A DNA stretch of 64,000 nt. It comes from an uncultured Christensenella sp. GTDB lineage: Bacteria; Bacillota; Clostridia; Christensenellales; UBA3700. Position 1 is the stretch's first letter, and each line of letters starts with the position of its first letter. Shown one piece after another: positions 35,929 through 44,784 of this stretch. The stretch is from NCBI GenBank assembly GCA_964478025.1, contig CAYZGK010000001.1, positions 151,631 to 215,630 of the forward strand. The letters run 5' to 3'. The position numbers and the translations under genes were made by a program. The notes beneath the pieces were generated by a model. The model did no database searches and was not told where the DNA came from. It saw nothing but the letters and a program-made list of their open reading frames with translations.

Positions 35929-35957
35929 GTTGAAAAATATAGCAAAATCGGAGAGTT

Positions 35958-37493
35958 ATGGATTCAGAACAAATAGGTAAGGTTATTTTAGAATTAAGAA
36001 AACAGAATGGTTTTACGCAAGCTCAACTTGCTGAAAAACTTTGTGTTTCAGATAAAGCTGTCTCTAAATGGGAGCTTGGAGCTTCTATTCCAGATATTCA
36101 ACAATTAGAATCAATAACTCAACTTTTTCATATATCCTATGATCTTTTGTTAAGTGGTGATGTTGAAAAAGTAAAACTACTAAATCAGAAAAAAAATAAT
36201 GAAGAACCACAAAAGATAATTAAAAAGAAAGTTTCATCAAAAGAGTGGTATGAAATAGATAATGCGGGTTTAATATATCCCGCTCAAGCGACAGAAGATT
36301 GGAATCTAGTTTTTAGAGTTTCAGCAGTTATGAAAGAAAAGGTTGATGAAGATGTTTTAAATAAGGCTCTTCAAGATATGGTTTATAGATTTCCGACTTT
36401 TATGACATGTTTAAGAAAAGGATTCTTCTGGAATTATTTAGAAAGAATGGAAAGGCTTCCTGTTGTTGAAAAAAGTGATAGACATCCAAATAGACCAATT
36501 AAACTAGATGGTAAACATTATTTATTTAGAGTAATTTTAGATAATAATAGGATTTCTTGTGAGTTTTTCCATACATTAACTGATGGAACAGGTGCTTCTA
36601 TATTTGTTATGAGTTTGCTTGCTAGATACTACGAATTAAAATACGGAAATATAAAGGATTATAAGGATGCTCTAAATGTTTTAGATAGCGTTAATCCTGA
36701 GGAAATTCAAGATAACTTTACATACTACGCTACAAATAATGTTATAAAGGGTAAAAAACAATCTTTTACTAAGGCATATAAAATAAAAGAAAAAAGAATT
36801 AGTAACAATATTGTTACACATCTTGTTGTAAATGCTACAGAACTTAACCTTCTTGCTAAGAAATATGATTGCACGGTAACAATTTTATTAACAGCGATTT
36901 ATACAAAAGCTTTCTTAAAGAGAAGAGTTTTTGATAAAAGTTTTAATCCATTTATTATTCAAATTCCAATTAATTTAAGAAAGAGATTTGAATCAAAAAC
37001 TTTAAGAAATTTTTCATCATACGTAAATGTTGAAATTGATGAACAAGAATTATCTATAGAAGAACTTGTTGAAACAATTAAAAAACAAGTAGAAGTTGGC
37101 GCAGAACTCGATACATTAAAGCAAAACATAAATACTATCGCCTCATATAAGAATAATATTGGTGTAAGAATAGCACCTTTAGGTCTGAAATTATTAATTA
37201 TGAGAATTGCTGCCTCCGTAATAGGAGATATTGGTTGTACTACAGTTTTTTCAAATTTGGGTAAATTAAATGCACCGGATGAATTGAAAAGAATAGTAGA
37301 TAGATTTGAAGTGGTAATGAAAGATGATATTATGGGTGGCGTTTCTATGTCGGCAGTAACTTTTAATAATAAATGCAATATTTCCTTTACAAGATCAATA
37401 GCAAAAAGTTCAATCGAAAGAGACGTGGCACGTGATTTAGTAAATATGGGAATAAGTGTTTATGCAGAGAGTAATTTAGGAGATAAACAATGA
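35958..37493 (+). CDS. XRE-HTH fused to a condensation/alcohol-acetyltransferase-like (HxxxDG) acyltransferase domain
   Basis: GGAGAG RBS. ILELRKQNGFTQAQLAEKLCVSDKAVSKWELGASIP. Lys-rich linker. FFHTLTDGTGASIF catalytic-type motif in a ~410-aa domain. Confidence 0.7.
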   Translation: MDSEQIGKVILELRKQNGFTQAQLAEKLCVSDKAVSKWELGASIPDIQQLESITQLFHISYDLLLSGDVEKVKLLNQKKNNEEPQKIIKKKVSSKEWYEIDNAGLIYPAQATEDWNLVFRVSAVMKEKVDEDVLNKALQDMVYRFPTFMTCLRKGFFWNYLERMERLPVVEKSDRHPNRPIKLDGKHYLFRVILDNNRISCEFFHTLTDGTGASIFVMSLLARYYELKYGNIKDYKDALNVLDSVNPEEIQDNFTYYATNNVIKGKKQSFTKAYKIKEKRISNNIVTHLVVNATELNLLAKKYDCTVTILLTAIYTKAFLKRRVFDKSFNPFIIQIPINLRKRFESKTLRNFSSYVNVEIDEQELSIEELVETIKKQVEVGAELDTLKQNINTIASYKNNIGVRIAPLGLKLLIMRIAASVIGDIGCTTVFSNLGKLNAPDELKRIVDRFEVVMKDDIMGGVSMSAVTFNNKCNISFTRSIAKSSIERDVARDLVNMGISVYAESNLGDKQ

Positions 37494-38173
37494 GATCGTG
37501 TAAATATTGTGGCGTAGAATTAAATGATAATGATATAAATTGTCCACTATGTGGAGCTCACACTTTTGTTGTAAATGCAACTCCTGTTATGCCATCAGGA
37601 GAGTATCCTAATTTCACAAAGAAAACTAGCGTAAAAAAACTTATAAAGAATATTTTTTTAGGAATAATGGCAGTTATACTTATGGCCATGGGAATAGCAT
37701 CAGGACTTTCTAATAATTGGGCATTTCTTGCTGTTACTGGATTTACGGAAATATATTTGTGGTTTGGAATATTACAATATATTTTCTATCCAAAGAGAGT
37801 TTGCGATTTAATAAATGGAGTTTTTTTCTATATAATACTTGCTTTAAATTTGATATTTATGCATTACTATTTTAATGGTCATTTAAATGCGTTAAGAATT
37901 AGTTTAGGTTATATTACCCCTATTATTTTATCTATATTAAACATAACTTTAGTAATGCTCATACTTATTACAGGAAAGTGGCATAAATATGCTTACAAAA
38001 CTTGTAGACTTGCAGTTTTTGAATTTATATGGTTTATAATTATGGCAATCTTAAAAATGCCAATTGTCTCTTCTATTGTATGTGCGTCACTTGGATTTGT
38101 AACGATAGTATGTGCGGTTGTTTTTGGAAGAGAGACTTTATTTAGTGAATTAAAAAAACACTTTAAAATATAA
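37490..38173 (+). CDS. zinc-ribbon + polytopic membrane protein (possibly DUF6320-like)
   Basis: ATGA start/stop overlap with the upstream gene. CKYCG...N10...CPLCG, followed by about 5 TM helices. Confidence 0.7.
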   Translation: MRSCKYCGVELNDNDINCPLCGAHTFVVNATPVMPSGEYPNFTKKTSVKKLIKNIFLGIMAVILMAMGIASGLSNNWAFLAVTGFTEIYLWFGILQYIFYPKRVCDLINGVFFYIILALNLIFMHYYFNGHLNALRISLGYITPIILSILNITLVMLILITGKWHKYAYKTCRLAVFEFIWFIIMAILKMPIVSSIVCASLGFVTIVCAVVFGRETLFSELKKHFKI

Positions 38174-38297
38174 CTTAAAATTCGATAGAATTATCTATAC
38201 ACTAAGAAACTAATTTTACAATTAAACGCAATTTAGTTCTTCATTTGAGTTTTTTTGCTTTTTCAATTGACTAATTTTATTTGCTATTTTATTTTAC

Positions 38298-38326
38298 TTG
38301 CTAATAAAAATACAATTTGTTAAAAT
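38298..38326 (+). promoter_or_regulatory. gap promoter TTGCTA-N17-TAAAAT (TG-extended)
   Basis: Read directly. Confidence 0.5.
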
Positions 38327-38369
38327 ATTTAGGATTAAAAAAATATTTTTTTATGGAGGACATAATATT

Positions 38370-39434
38370 ATGGCAAATGTAAGAGTTGCAATTAATGGTT
38401 TTGGACGTATTGGTCGTCTAGCATTTAGACAAATGTTTGGTGCAGAAGGTTACGAAGTAGTAGCTATTAACGATTTAACAAGCCCAAAAATGTTAGCTCA
38501 TTTATTAAAGTATGACACAATGCAAGGTAACTACGTAGCAATGGGTCATAAAGTAGACTACAAGGATGCTGTATTAGCAGAAGATGGCAAGACAGTTGTA
38601 GTTCCTGGTTCAATCATCGTTGATGGAAAGGAAATCACAATTTACGCAAAAGCAAATGCTGCTGAATTACCTTGGGGTAAATTAGACATCGATGTTGTTC
38701 TAGAATGTACAGGTTTCTATACATCTAAGGCTAAAGCTCAAGCTCATATTGATGCTGGTGCTAAGAAGGTAGTTATTTCTGCTCCTGCAGGTAATGATTT
38801 ACCAACAATCGTTTACAATGTTAACCATGAAACATTAACAGCAAATGATAACATCATTTCTGCTGCTTCTTGTACAACAAACTGTTTAGCTCCAATGGCT
38901 AAAGCTTTAAATGATTTAGCTCCAATCGAAGCTGGTATCATGACAACAGTTCATGCTTATACAGGAGACCAAATGATTCTTGATGGTCCACAAAGAAAGG
39001 GTGATTTAAGAAGATCAAGAGCTGGTGCTCAAAATATCGTTCCTAACTCAACAGGTGCTGCTAAAGCTATCGGTCTAGTTATTCCAGAATTAAATGGTAA
39101 GTTAATCGGTTCAGCTCAAAGAGTTCCAACAGCTACTGGCTCAACAACAATTCTTGTTGCAGTTGTTAACAAGGCTGTTACAAAAGAAGAAATCAATGCT
39201 GCTATGAAGGCTGCTTCAACAGAATCTTTCGGATACAATACAGATGAAATCGTTTCTTCAGATGTTGTTGGTATGAGATATGGTTCATTATTCGATGCTA
39301 CACAAACAATGGTTATCCCAATGAAAGATGGTAAGACTCAAGTTCAAGTAGTTTCTTGGTATGATAATGAAAATTCATATACAAGCCAAATGGTTAGAAC
39401 AATTAAGTACTTCTCAAAATTCTTAAATAAATAA
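38370..39434 (+). CDS. gap: glyceraldehyde-3-phosphate dehydrogenase
   Basis: GGAGG 38355-38359. [28 protein letters not shown]. Confidence 0.95.
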   Translation: MANVRVAINGFGRIGRLAFRQMFGAEGYEVVAINDLTSPKMLAHLLKYDTMQGNYVAMGHKVDYKDAVLAEDGKTVVVPGSIIVDGKEITIYAKANAAELPWGKLDIDVVLECTGFYTSKAKAQAHIDAGAKKVVISAPAGNDLPTIVYNVNHETLTANDNIISAASCTTNCLAPMAKALNDLAPIEAGIMTTVHAYTGDQMILDGPQRKGDLRRSRAGAQNIVPNSTGAAKAIGLVIPELNGKLIGSAQRVPTATGSTTILVAVVNKAVTKEEINAAMKAASTESFGYNTDEIVSSDVVGMRYGSLFDATQTMVIPMKDGKTQVQVVSWYDNENSYTSQMVRTIKYFSKFLNK

Positions 39435-39456
39435 GTTTTGATATAAAGTATATTCG

Positions 39457-39491
39457 TAGGCTGTTAAGAAAAATCTTAGCAGCCTATTTTT
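39457..39491 (+). terminator. rho-independent terminator of gap
   Basis: TAGGCTGTTAAG - loop - CTTAGCAGCCTA TTTTT. Confidence 0.8.
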
Positions 39492-39509
39492 ATTGAGTCT
39501 CTTTTATTT

Positions 39510-39553
39510 GAAATTGAAAACTTTTGTGAAAATCGGGAAAAGTTTTCAATTTC
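39510..39553. repeat. perfect 16-bp inverted repeat with 12-nt spacer
   Basis: GAAATTGAAAACTTTT gtgaaaatcggg AAAAGTTTTCAATTTC. Immediately upstream of TGTTAAAAT (an extended -10-like element). Confidence 0.9.
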
Positions 39554-39609
39554 ATGTTAAAATGAATATGTACAAGTAAATAATTGTATAAAAAGTTAAA
39601 AAGGAAATT

Positions 39610-40029
39610 ATGAAAAAAGTTTTTATAAGTACAACAATAATAATATTTATAGTTGCTTTGCTTGTTTTAGTGTTATATGTTTTTGTTCCATATAAATCAT
39701 TTAATGTAAGTGTAGATGGAATAGAAAAAATAACTATAACTAATAGTAATAAAAATGGTGAAAGCATTGAATTAGACAAAACTCAAACAAAGGAAGTCGT
39801 TGGCCTAATAAATGATATAAAGTATTGTAATAAATTAAATGTTATACCTGCTGATGGTTGGTCGTATTCAATCCTAATAAAATATGAAAATGGCAAAACT
39901 ATTAAAATTAGCGATGATGGCAATTACTATATAAATGATGGAATAAGTGAGAAAACAATAAATTTTTGGTGTTACAAAAATGAGACTAAAAATTTAACTG
40001 AATTTCTTCAAAATTTATATAAGCAATAA
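39610..40029 (+). CDS. small membrane-anchored hypothetical protein
   Basis: N-terminal TM (ISTTIIIFIVALLVLVLYVFV), weak AAAGGAAA RBS. No recognisable family. Confidence 0.55.
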   Translation: MKKVFISTTIIIFIVALLVLVLYVFVPYKSFNVSVDGIEKITITNSNKNGESIELDKTQTKEVVGLINDIKYCNKLNVIPADGWSYSILIKYENGKTIKISDDGNYYINDGISEKTINFWCYKNETKNLTEFLQNLYKQ

Positions 40030-40040
40030 TTACGCATTAA

Positions 40041-40634
40041 TTATTGAATAGCGTTAAGTCCGCCTGTAATTAGTTTATTAATATAATTTCCTAAATCTTC
40101 AAGAGAAATTTTTAGCGAATCTGGTGTAAAGAACCATTTAGTATAAAGATCTATTGTTCCAGACATTGTAAATATACAAGTAATTTTGCATTTTAAAATA
40201 TCTTTTTCTTGTAGATTAGGATTGGCTTTTAATTCTTTTTCAACCATAGTTTTTACAAAAGTCTTTTTTATGGTATCAATAAAACCTATATCATTATTAG
40301 ATAATAGTAAAACAGAAAAATTATGATTAGATTCTAAAACATCCGAAATTTCAGAAAGTAGTGTGTAAGGATTTTCTTTTACTTGATTTATAGAATATTT
40401 TTCAAGAACTTCATTTAATTTATCTACAACTTCATTTTGTATATCTGAGATAACATCGTTAATGGTTTTATAATGTAAATAAAAAGTAGCTCTATTAATA
40501 TTTGCTTTTTCTGTAAGTTCAGTAATGCATATTTTTGAAATATCCTTTTTTTCTACCATTAAAGTAAAAAAGGCATTAAAAATAGCGCTCTTAGTTTTGA
40601 TAACTCTTTTGTTTTTTTTCTCTTTGTTTTTCAT
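40041..40634 (-). CDS. TetR/AcrR-family transcriptional regulator
   Basis: N-terminal HTH ITELTEKANINRATFYLHYKTINDV. Confidence 0.8.
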   Translation of the reverse strand: MKNKEKKNKRVIKTKSAIFNAFFTLMVEKKDISKICITELTEKANINRATFYLHYKTINDVISDIQNEVVDKLNEVLEKYSINQVKENPYTLLSEISDVLESNHNFSVLLLSNNDIGFIDTIKKTFVKTMVEKELKANPNLQEKDILKCKITCIFTMSGTIDLYTKWFFTPDSLKISLEDLGNYINKLITGGLNAIQ

Positions 40635-40643
40635 AATGATTTT

Positions 40644-40671
40644 ATTATATAACTTTTAATAGAAAAATCAA
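40644..40671 (-). promoter_or_regulatory. TTGATT-N16-TATAAT with the -10 ending 9 nt before the TetR ATG
   Basis: Minus strand: TTGATT tttctattaaaagtta TATAAT aaaatcatt ATG. No RBS. Confidence 0.5.
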
Positions 40672-40675
40672 CATT

Positions 40676-42223
40676 TTATTCTTTTATGTCGAAAATCTCA
40701 TTGCATAGGTCTTGTGCATATTGAGGTTCATGTGTTACAAGAATAATGGCTCCTTCATACTCTTTAAGAGCTTCAAAAAGGGCTTCTTTTGCGTTTACAT
40801 CAAGATGGTTAGTAGGTTCGTCTAATATTAGTAAGTTAGAGGTTTTTTGCATGATTGAGCAAAGCTTTATTTTAACTTGTTCGCCACCAGATAAATTTCC
40901 TACAGGTTTTGTTGCAAGTTCTCCTTTAAGTCCTACCTTTGCAAGTTCACTACGAATTTCTTTAGCATTCATTCTAGGATACATTTCATTCATAAATGTA
41001 GTTGCACTAATTTGCTTAGACCTAAACTCTAAATCTTGTTCAACATAGTTTATTTTTGTACTTAAATGGTAATCAAAAGTACCAGAAATTGCAGGAAGTT
41101 TATGCATTAATGTTTTTAAAAGTGTTGTTTTACCTAAGCCGTTTGTACCTCTAATCCAAAGTTTAGTATCACTTGCCATAGAGATATTTATAGGCGGTAA
41201 AATTGCTTTCCCATTGTAACCTATTTCTAGATTTTTCACTTCAAGTAAATGCCTTGTTATTACTGAAACATAAGGGAAGTTAAATGAAGGTTTTTCAAAA
41301 TTAACCGGCTTTTGCATAACTTCTATTTTATTTAGCATCTTTTGACGGGAATTAGCCATGCCAGCTGTAGCTGCTCTTGCTTTATTCCTATCAATATATT
41401 CTTGCATTTTCTTTATTTCACGTTGCTGTCTTTCATAATCATCTTGGTATTGTTGAGCTTTTTGCTCGTGTTGAATTAAGTATTCATTATAAGAGCACCA
41501 ATACTTAGTAATTTGAGCGTTTTCAATATTAACAATGATTTTACATGTGTCATTTAAAAATTGTGTATCATGTGAAATAAGAATGAATGTTCCTTTAAAA
41601 GAATTTAAATATTTATTAAGCCAATCTATTTGCTCTAGGTCTAAAAAGTTAGTAGGTTCATCAAGTAGCATTACATCTAATTCTTGTAATAGAAGTTTTG
41701 CAAGCATTAGTTTTGCCCTTTGTCCACCAGACAAATTAGCAATTAAGGTATCATAACCATAATTATGAATTCCAAGACCTGTAGCGACTTTTTTTATTTC
41801 AGACTCTAAATCATAGAAGTTAGCTTCTTGTAATCTTTCTTGTAATTTTGATGTTTTATTAATAAGATTATCTAATTTTTCAGGATCTTCAATTGTGCCC
41901 ATTTCTTCATACATTTTTTCTAAAGAAGAATTTAAATCATATAGGTATTGGAATGAGGTTCTTAAATATTCAATTACAGTTTGAGATCTATCAATATTTG
42001 CGTGTTGATCTAAATATCCCCATCTGATACCATTTAACCATTTAATTTCTCCTTCATCTTGAGACAACTTGCCAGTAATAATATTCATGAATGTAGATTT
42101 TCCAGCACCATTAAGACCAACAACTCCTATGTGCTCACCATTGTTTACAGTAAGGTTAGCGTTTAGAAATAGTTGTTTGTTGTCAAAAACATGTGAAAGG
42201 TTATTAATTACCAAAATACTCAT
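40676..42223 (-). CDS. ABC-F family ATPase (two ABC domains, no TM)
   Basis: GLNGAGKST / LSGGQRAKL / LLDEPTN, then GTNGLGKTT / LSGGEQVKI / ILDEPTN, with a Q/R/K-rich linker. Start at MSILVINNL. Confidence 0.85.
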   Translation of the reverse strand: MSILVINNLSHVFDNKQLFLNANLTVNNGEHIGVVGLNGAGKSTFMNIITGKLSQDEGEIKWLNGIRWGYLDQHANIDRSQTVIEYLRTSFQYLYDLNSSLEKMYEEMGTIEDPEKLDNLINKTSKLQERLQEANFYDLESEIKKVATGLGIHNYGYDTLIANLSGGQRAKLMLAKLLLQELDVMLLDEPTNFLDLEQIDWLNKYLNSFKGTFILISHDTQFLNDTCKIIVNIENAQITKYWCSYNEYLIQHEQKAQQYQDDYERQQREIKKMQEYIDRNKARAATAGMANSRQKMLNKIEVMQKPVNFEKPSFNFPYVSVITRHLLEVKNLEIGYNGKAILPPINISMASDTKLWIRGTNGLGKTTLLKTLMHKLPAISGTFDYHLSTKINYVEQDLEFRSKQISATTFMNEMYPRMNAKEIRSELAKVGLKGELATKPVGNLSGGEQVKIKLCSIMQKTSNLLILDEPTNHLDVNAKEALFEALKEYEGAIILVTHEPQYAQDLCNEIFDIKE

Positions 42224-42230
42224 ATCAAGT

Positions 42231-42260
42231 ATTATATTAAACATTTATCTTTAAGTCTAA
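42231..42260 (-). promoter_or_regulatory. TTAGAC-N18-TATAAT with the -10 ending 7 nt before ATG 42223
   Basis: Minus strand: TTAGAC ...18 nt... TATAAT acttgat ATG. No RBS. Confidence 0.45.
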
Positions 42261-42294
42261 CAATTATTAAGTTATAATATTAACGAGGTGGAAA

Positions 42295-43977
42295 ATGAAG
42301 ACAAGATGGTATAAAGATGCCGTTATTTATCAAATATATCCAAGAAGTTTCTGTGATTCAAACGGAGATGGAATAGGCGATCTAAGAGGCATTATTTCAA
42401 AGTTAGATTATATAAAAAGTTTAGGTGTAGATGCTGTATGGTTATCTCCAATTTATAAGTCTCCAAACGATGATATGGGATATGATATTTCAGATTATAG
42501 AGATATTATGGATGAGTTTGGAACTTTAGATGATTTTAAAGAAATGCTAAAAGGTATGCATGATAGAGGAATAAAGCTAATCATGGACCTTGTAGTTAAT
42601 CATACATCTGATGAGCACTTTTGGTTTAAGGAAGCTAAAAAAGGAAAGGATAACCCTTATAGAGACTATTATATTTGGAGAAAAGGCAGAGGTAAAAATG
42701 GCAAGAAACCGCCAAATAATTGGACTTCAAATTTCGTAGGACCAGGATGGGAATATGATGAGAATTCAAAAGAGTGGTATCTTCATTTATTCTCTAAAAA
42801 ACAACCTGATTTAAACTGGGAAAACCCAAAAGTTAGACAAGAAGTTGCAGATATTTGTAATTATTGGTTTGACATGGGTGTAGACGGCTTTAGATGTGAT
42901 GTCATTACTTATATATCTAAGGAAGATGGCCTTCCAAATGGTAAGATTACAGAATATCCATTAATTGGTATTAGTAAATATTGTATGGGACCAAGATATC
43001 ATGAGTATATGCATGAATTAAATGAAAGGGCATTTTCAAAATATGATACCATGACTGTAGGTGAAGCCGCAGGTATGACATTTAAAGATGCATATAAGAG
43101 TATTGATGAATCTGTTGGAGAACTTGATTCTGTTTTTTCATTTGAACATATAACAGAGCCAGATATGATTTTACAAGTTTTGCCAAAGAAGTTTGATTTA
43201 GTAAAATTTAAAAAGATATTATCAAACTGGCAAACATTGCCAATGACTTCACAACCAACGCTATTTTTAGAGAATCATGATCAACCAAGAAGCTGGCCAA
43301 GATTTGTTAATTATTGTTATGACAATAAAGAAAAGGCAGCAAAAATGCTTTTGGTTGCAATGCAAATGCAAAGAGGAACTCCATATATTTATCAAGGCCA
43401 AGAAATAGGTATGACAAATGTAGACTTTAAATTAGAAGACTACAAAGATATCATGTCCATAAGAGTTTTTGATACTGTAAAGAAATATTTACCTTTTATG
43501 ATGGGATTTGCAAAAAAGGTTATGTTAAAAAGAGCTAGAGATCACGCTAGAACTCCAGTTCAATGGAATGCAAATGAAAATGCTGGATTTGGAAGTGGTA
43601 CACCTTGGATGATGGTTAATCCTAACTACAAGGATGTAAATGTTGAAAATGAAGAAAAAGATCCAAATAGTATTTTAAATTTCTATAAAAAGTTTTTAGC
43701 ATTTAGAAAAGGCAAAGAAATTATAATTTCAGGAACATATGAACCTTACTATGAAAAGAGTAAAGAATTGTTTGTATACAATAGAAAACTTGGTGATAGT
43801 TCTTATTTTGTAATTTGTAACTTTGTTAATAAAAATGTAAATTTTAAACTTCCTGTTGACATGAAGATTAAGTCATCAAAGGTAGCTATTTCAAATTATG
43901 AAGATAATGACAACAAAACCCTTCAAGATTTAACAATAAGACCTTTTGAAGCAATAGTTTTTGAAGTTAAATATTAA
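42295..43977 (+). CDS. GH13 oligo-1,6-glucosidase / alpha-glucosidase
   Basis: WYKDAVIYQIYPRSF, GDLRGI, DLVVNHTS, GFRCDV, GEAA, ENHDQPR. Confidence 0.9.
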   Translation: MKTRWYKDAVIYQIYPRSFCDSNGDGIGDLRGIISKLDYIKSLGVDAVWLSPIYKSPNDDMGYDISDYRDIMDEFGTLDDFKEMLKGMHDRGIKLIMDLVVNHTSDEHFWFKEAKKGKDNPYRDYYIWRKGRGKNGKKPPNNWTSNFVGPGWEYDENSKEWYLHLFSKKQPDLNWENPKVRQEVADICNYWFDMGVDGFRCDVITYISKEDGLPNGKITEYPLIGISKYCMGPRYHEYMHELNERAFSKYDTMTVGEAAGMTFKDAYKSIDESVGELDSVFSFEHITEPDMILQVLPKKFDLVKFKKILSNWQTLPMTSQPTLFLENHDQPRSWPRFVNYCYDNKEKAAKMLLVAMQMQRGTPYIYQGQEIGMTNVDFKLEDYKDIMSIRVFDTVKKYLPFMMGFAKKVMLKRARDHARTPVQWNANENAGFGSGTPWMMVNPNYKDVNVENEEKDPNSILNFYKKFLAFRKGKEIIISGTYEPYYEKSKELFVYNRKLGDSSYFVICNFVNKNVNFKLPVDMKIKSSKVAISNYEDNDNKTLQDLTIRPFEAIVFEVKY

Positions 43978-43990
43978 AAATGTTCTATGT

Positions 43991-44035
43991 ATGTGGCTGC
44001 TTTGAAGTAAAATTCTAAGCAGCCATATTTTTTTA
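43991..44035 (+). terminator. rho-independent terminator
   Basis: ATGTGGCTGCTT - loop - AAGCAGCCATAT TTTTTTT. Confidence 0.8.
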
Positions 44036-44137
44036 TTGTAGATATTTTAACAACTTTGTTGTTAAGAAATAAATTAATTGAGAAAAATTTAATTTAGTAT
44101 ATTTAGATTATAATAATCGTAATTAACTAAATCTGTA

Positions 44138-44166
44138 TTGCATATTGCGATAAAAAATAATATATT
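44138..44166 (+). promoter_or_regulatory. promoter TTGCAT-N17-TATATT upstream of the antitoxin remnant
   Basis: Read directly. Confidence 0.5.
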
Positions 44167-44190
44167 AAGCAATAAAAGTGGGTAAAAATT

Positions 44191-44502
44191 ATGGCAAACA
44201 AAAGTGCAAATATTTCAGTAAGAATAGAGCCTGAAATAAAACAACAAGCAGAAGCTATTTTAACAAAACTTGGACTTCCTGTATCAGTTGTTGTTGACAC
44301 ATTATATAGACAAATTATCATGACTGGAGGTCTACCTTATTCTATTAATGTTCCCAAAATACAGACATTAGAAAACATGTCAAAACAATAGTTTAATGAA
44401 ACGATGGCAAAAGACTAAAATGAGGCAATAAAAAATCAAGGCATTGATGCAAAAACCACATTTTCCAATCTAAAAAAAAGAATTAAACTAATGAATTATT
44501 AA
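44191..44502 (+). pseudogene. RelB/DinJ-family antitoxin interrupted by two in-frame stop codons (intact ORF 44191..44391 keeps only the RHH domain)
   Basis: N-terminus ISVRIEPEIKQQAEAILTKLGLPVSVVV.TLYRQI is RHH-like. The same frame continues past TAG 44389 and TAA 44416 into NEAIKNQGIDAKTTFSNL, which resembles the DinJ C-terminal segment. Confidence 0.6.
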
Positions 44503-44721
44503 GCAAAATTTCACCAAGAGCGACCTTTTTACAATTAAATCAAATAGTCATGTATTTATAAGGTTCAATTTACATCAGTAGTGGCTATAAAATGATTAGT
44601 CATAATTGAAGAGAGTGTTCCAATATTTATAATGGATTTAACTATAAAAAAATGCAAAGTAGATTTAACTTGTGTAATTAACGTTCTTTAATATTTTTTA
44701 TTATATATATAATATTGCATA

Positions 44722-44751
44722 TTGAAAATAACACATATTCAATGGTATAAT
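44722..44751 (+). promoter_or_regulatory. glg operon promoter TTGAAA-N18-TGgTATAAT
   Basis: Read directly. Confidence 0.55.
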
Positions 44752-44784
44752 TTGAGTATATTAAGAGTTTAAGGAGATTGTTGG

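Noticed and set aside
37491-37493. Alternative genetic code (TGA read as Trp, as in Mycoplasma/Spiroplasma), considered because of the Mollicutes-like features.
   Set aside because: Every long gene is open under the standard code, with Trp encoded by TGG. TGA occurs at sensible gene ends, for example the ATGA overlaps at 37490-37493 and 55696-55699. There are no genes split at TGA.
44136-44724. 12-bp direct repeat TATTGCATATTG at 44136-44147 and 44713-44724 flanking the antitoxin remnant, considered as target-site duplication of a mobile element.
   Set aside because: Both copies coincide with the -35 regions of predicted promoters (TTGCAT and the adjacent TTGAAA). TTGCAT-type -35 boxes recur elsewhere (23786, 23856). 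There are no inverted terminal repeats and no transposase or integrase.
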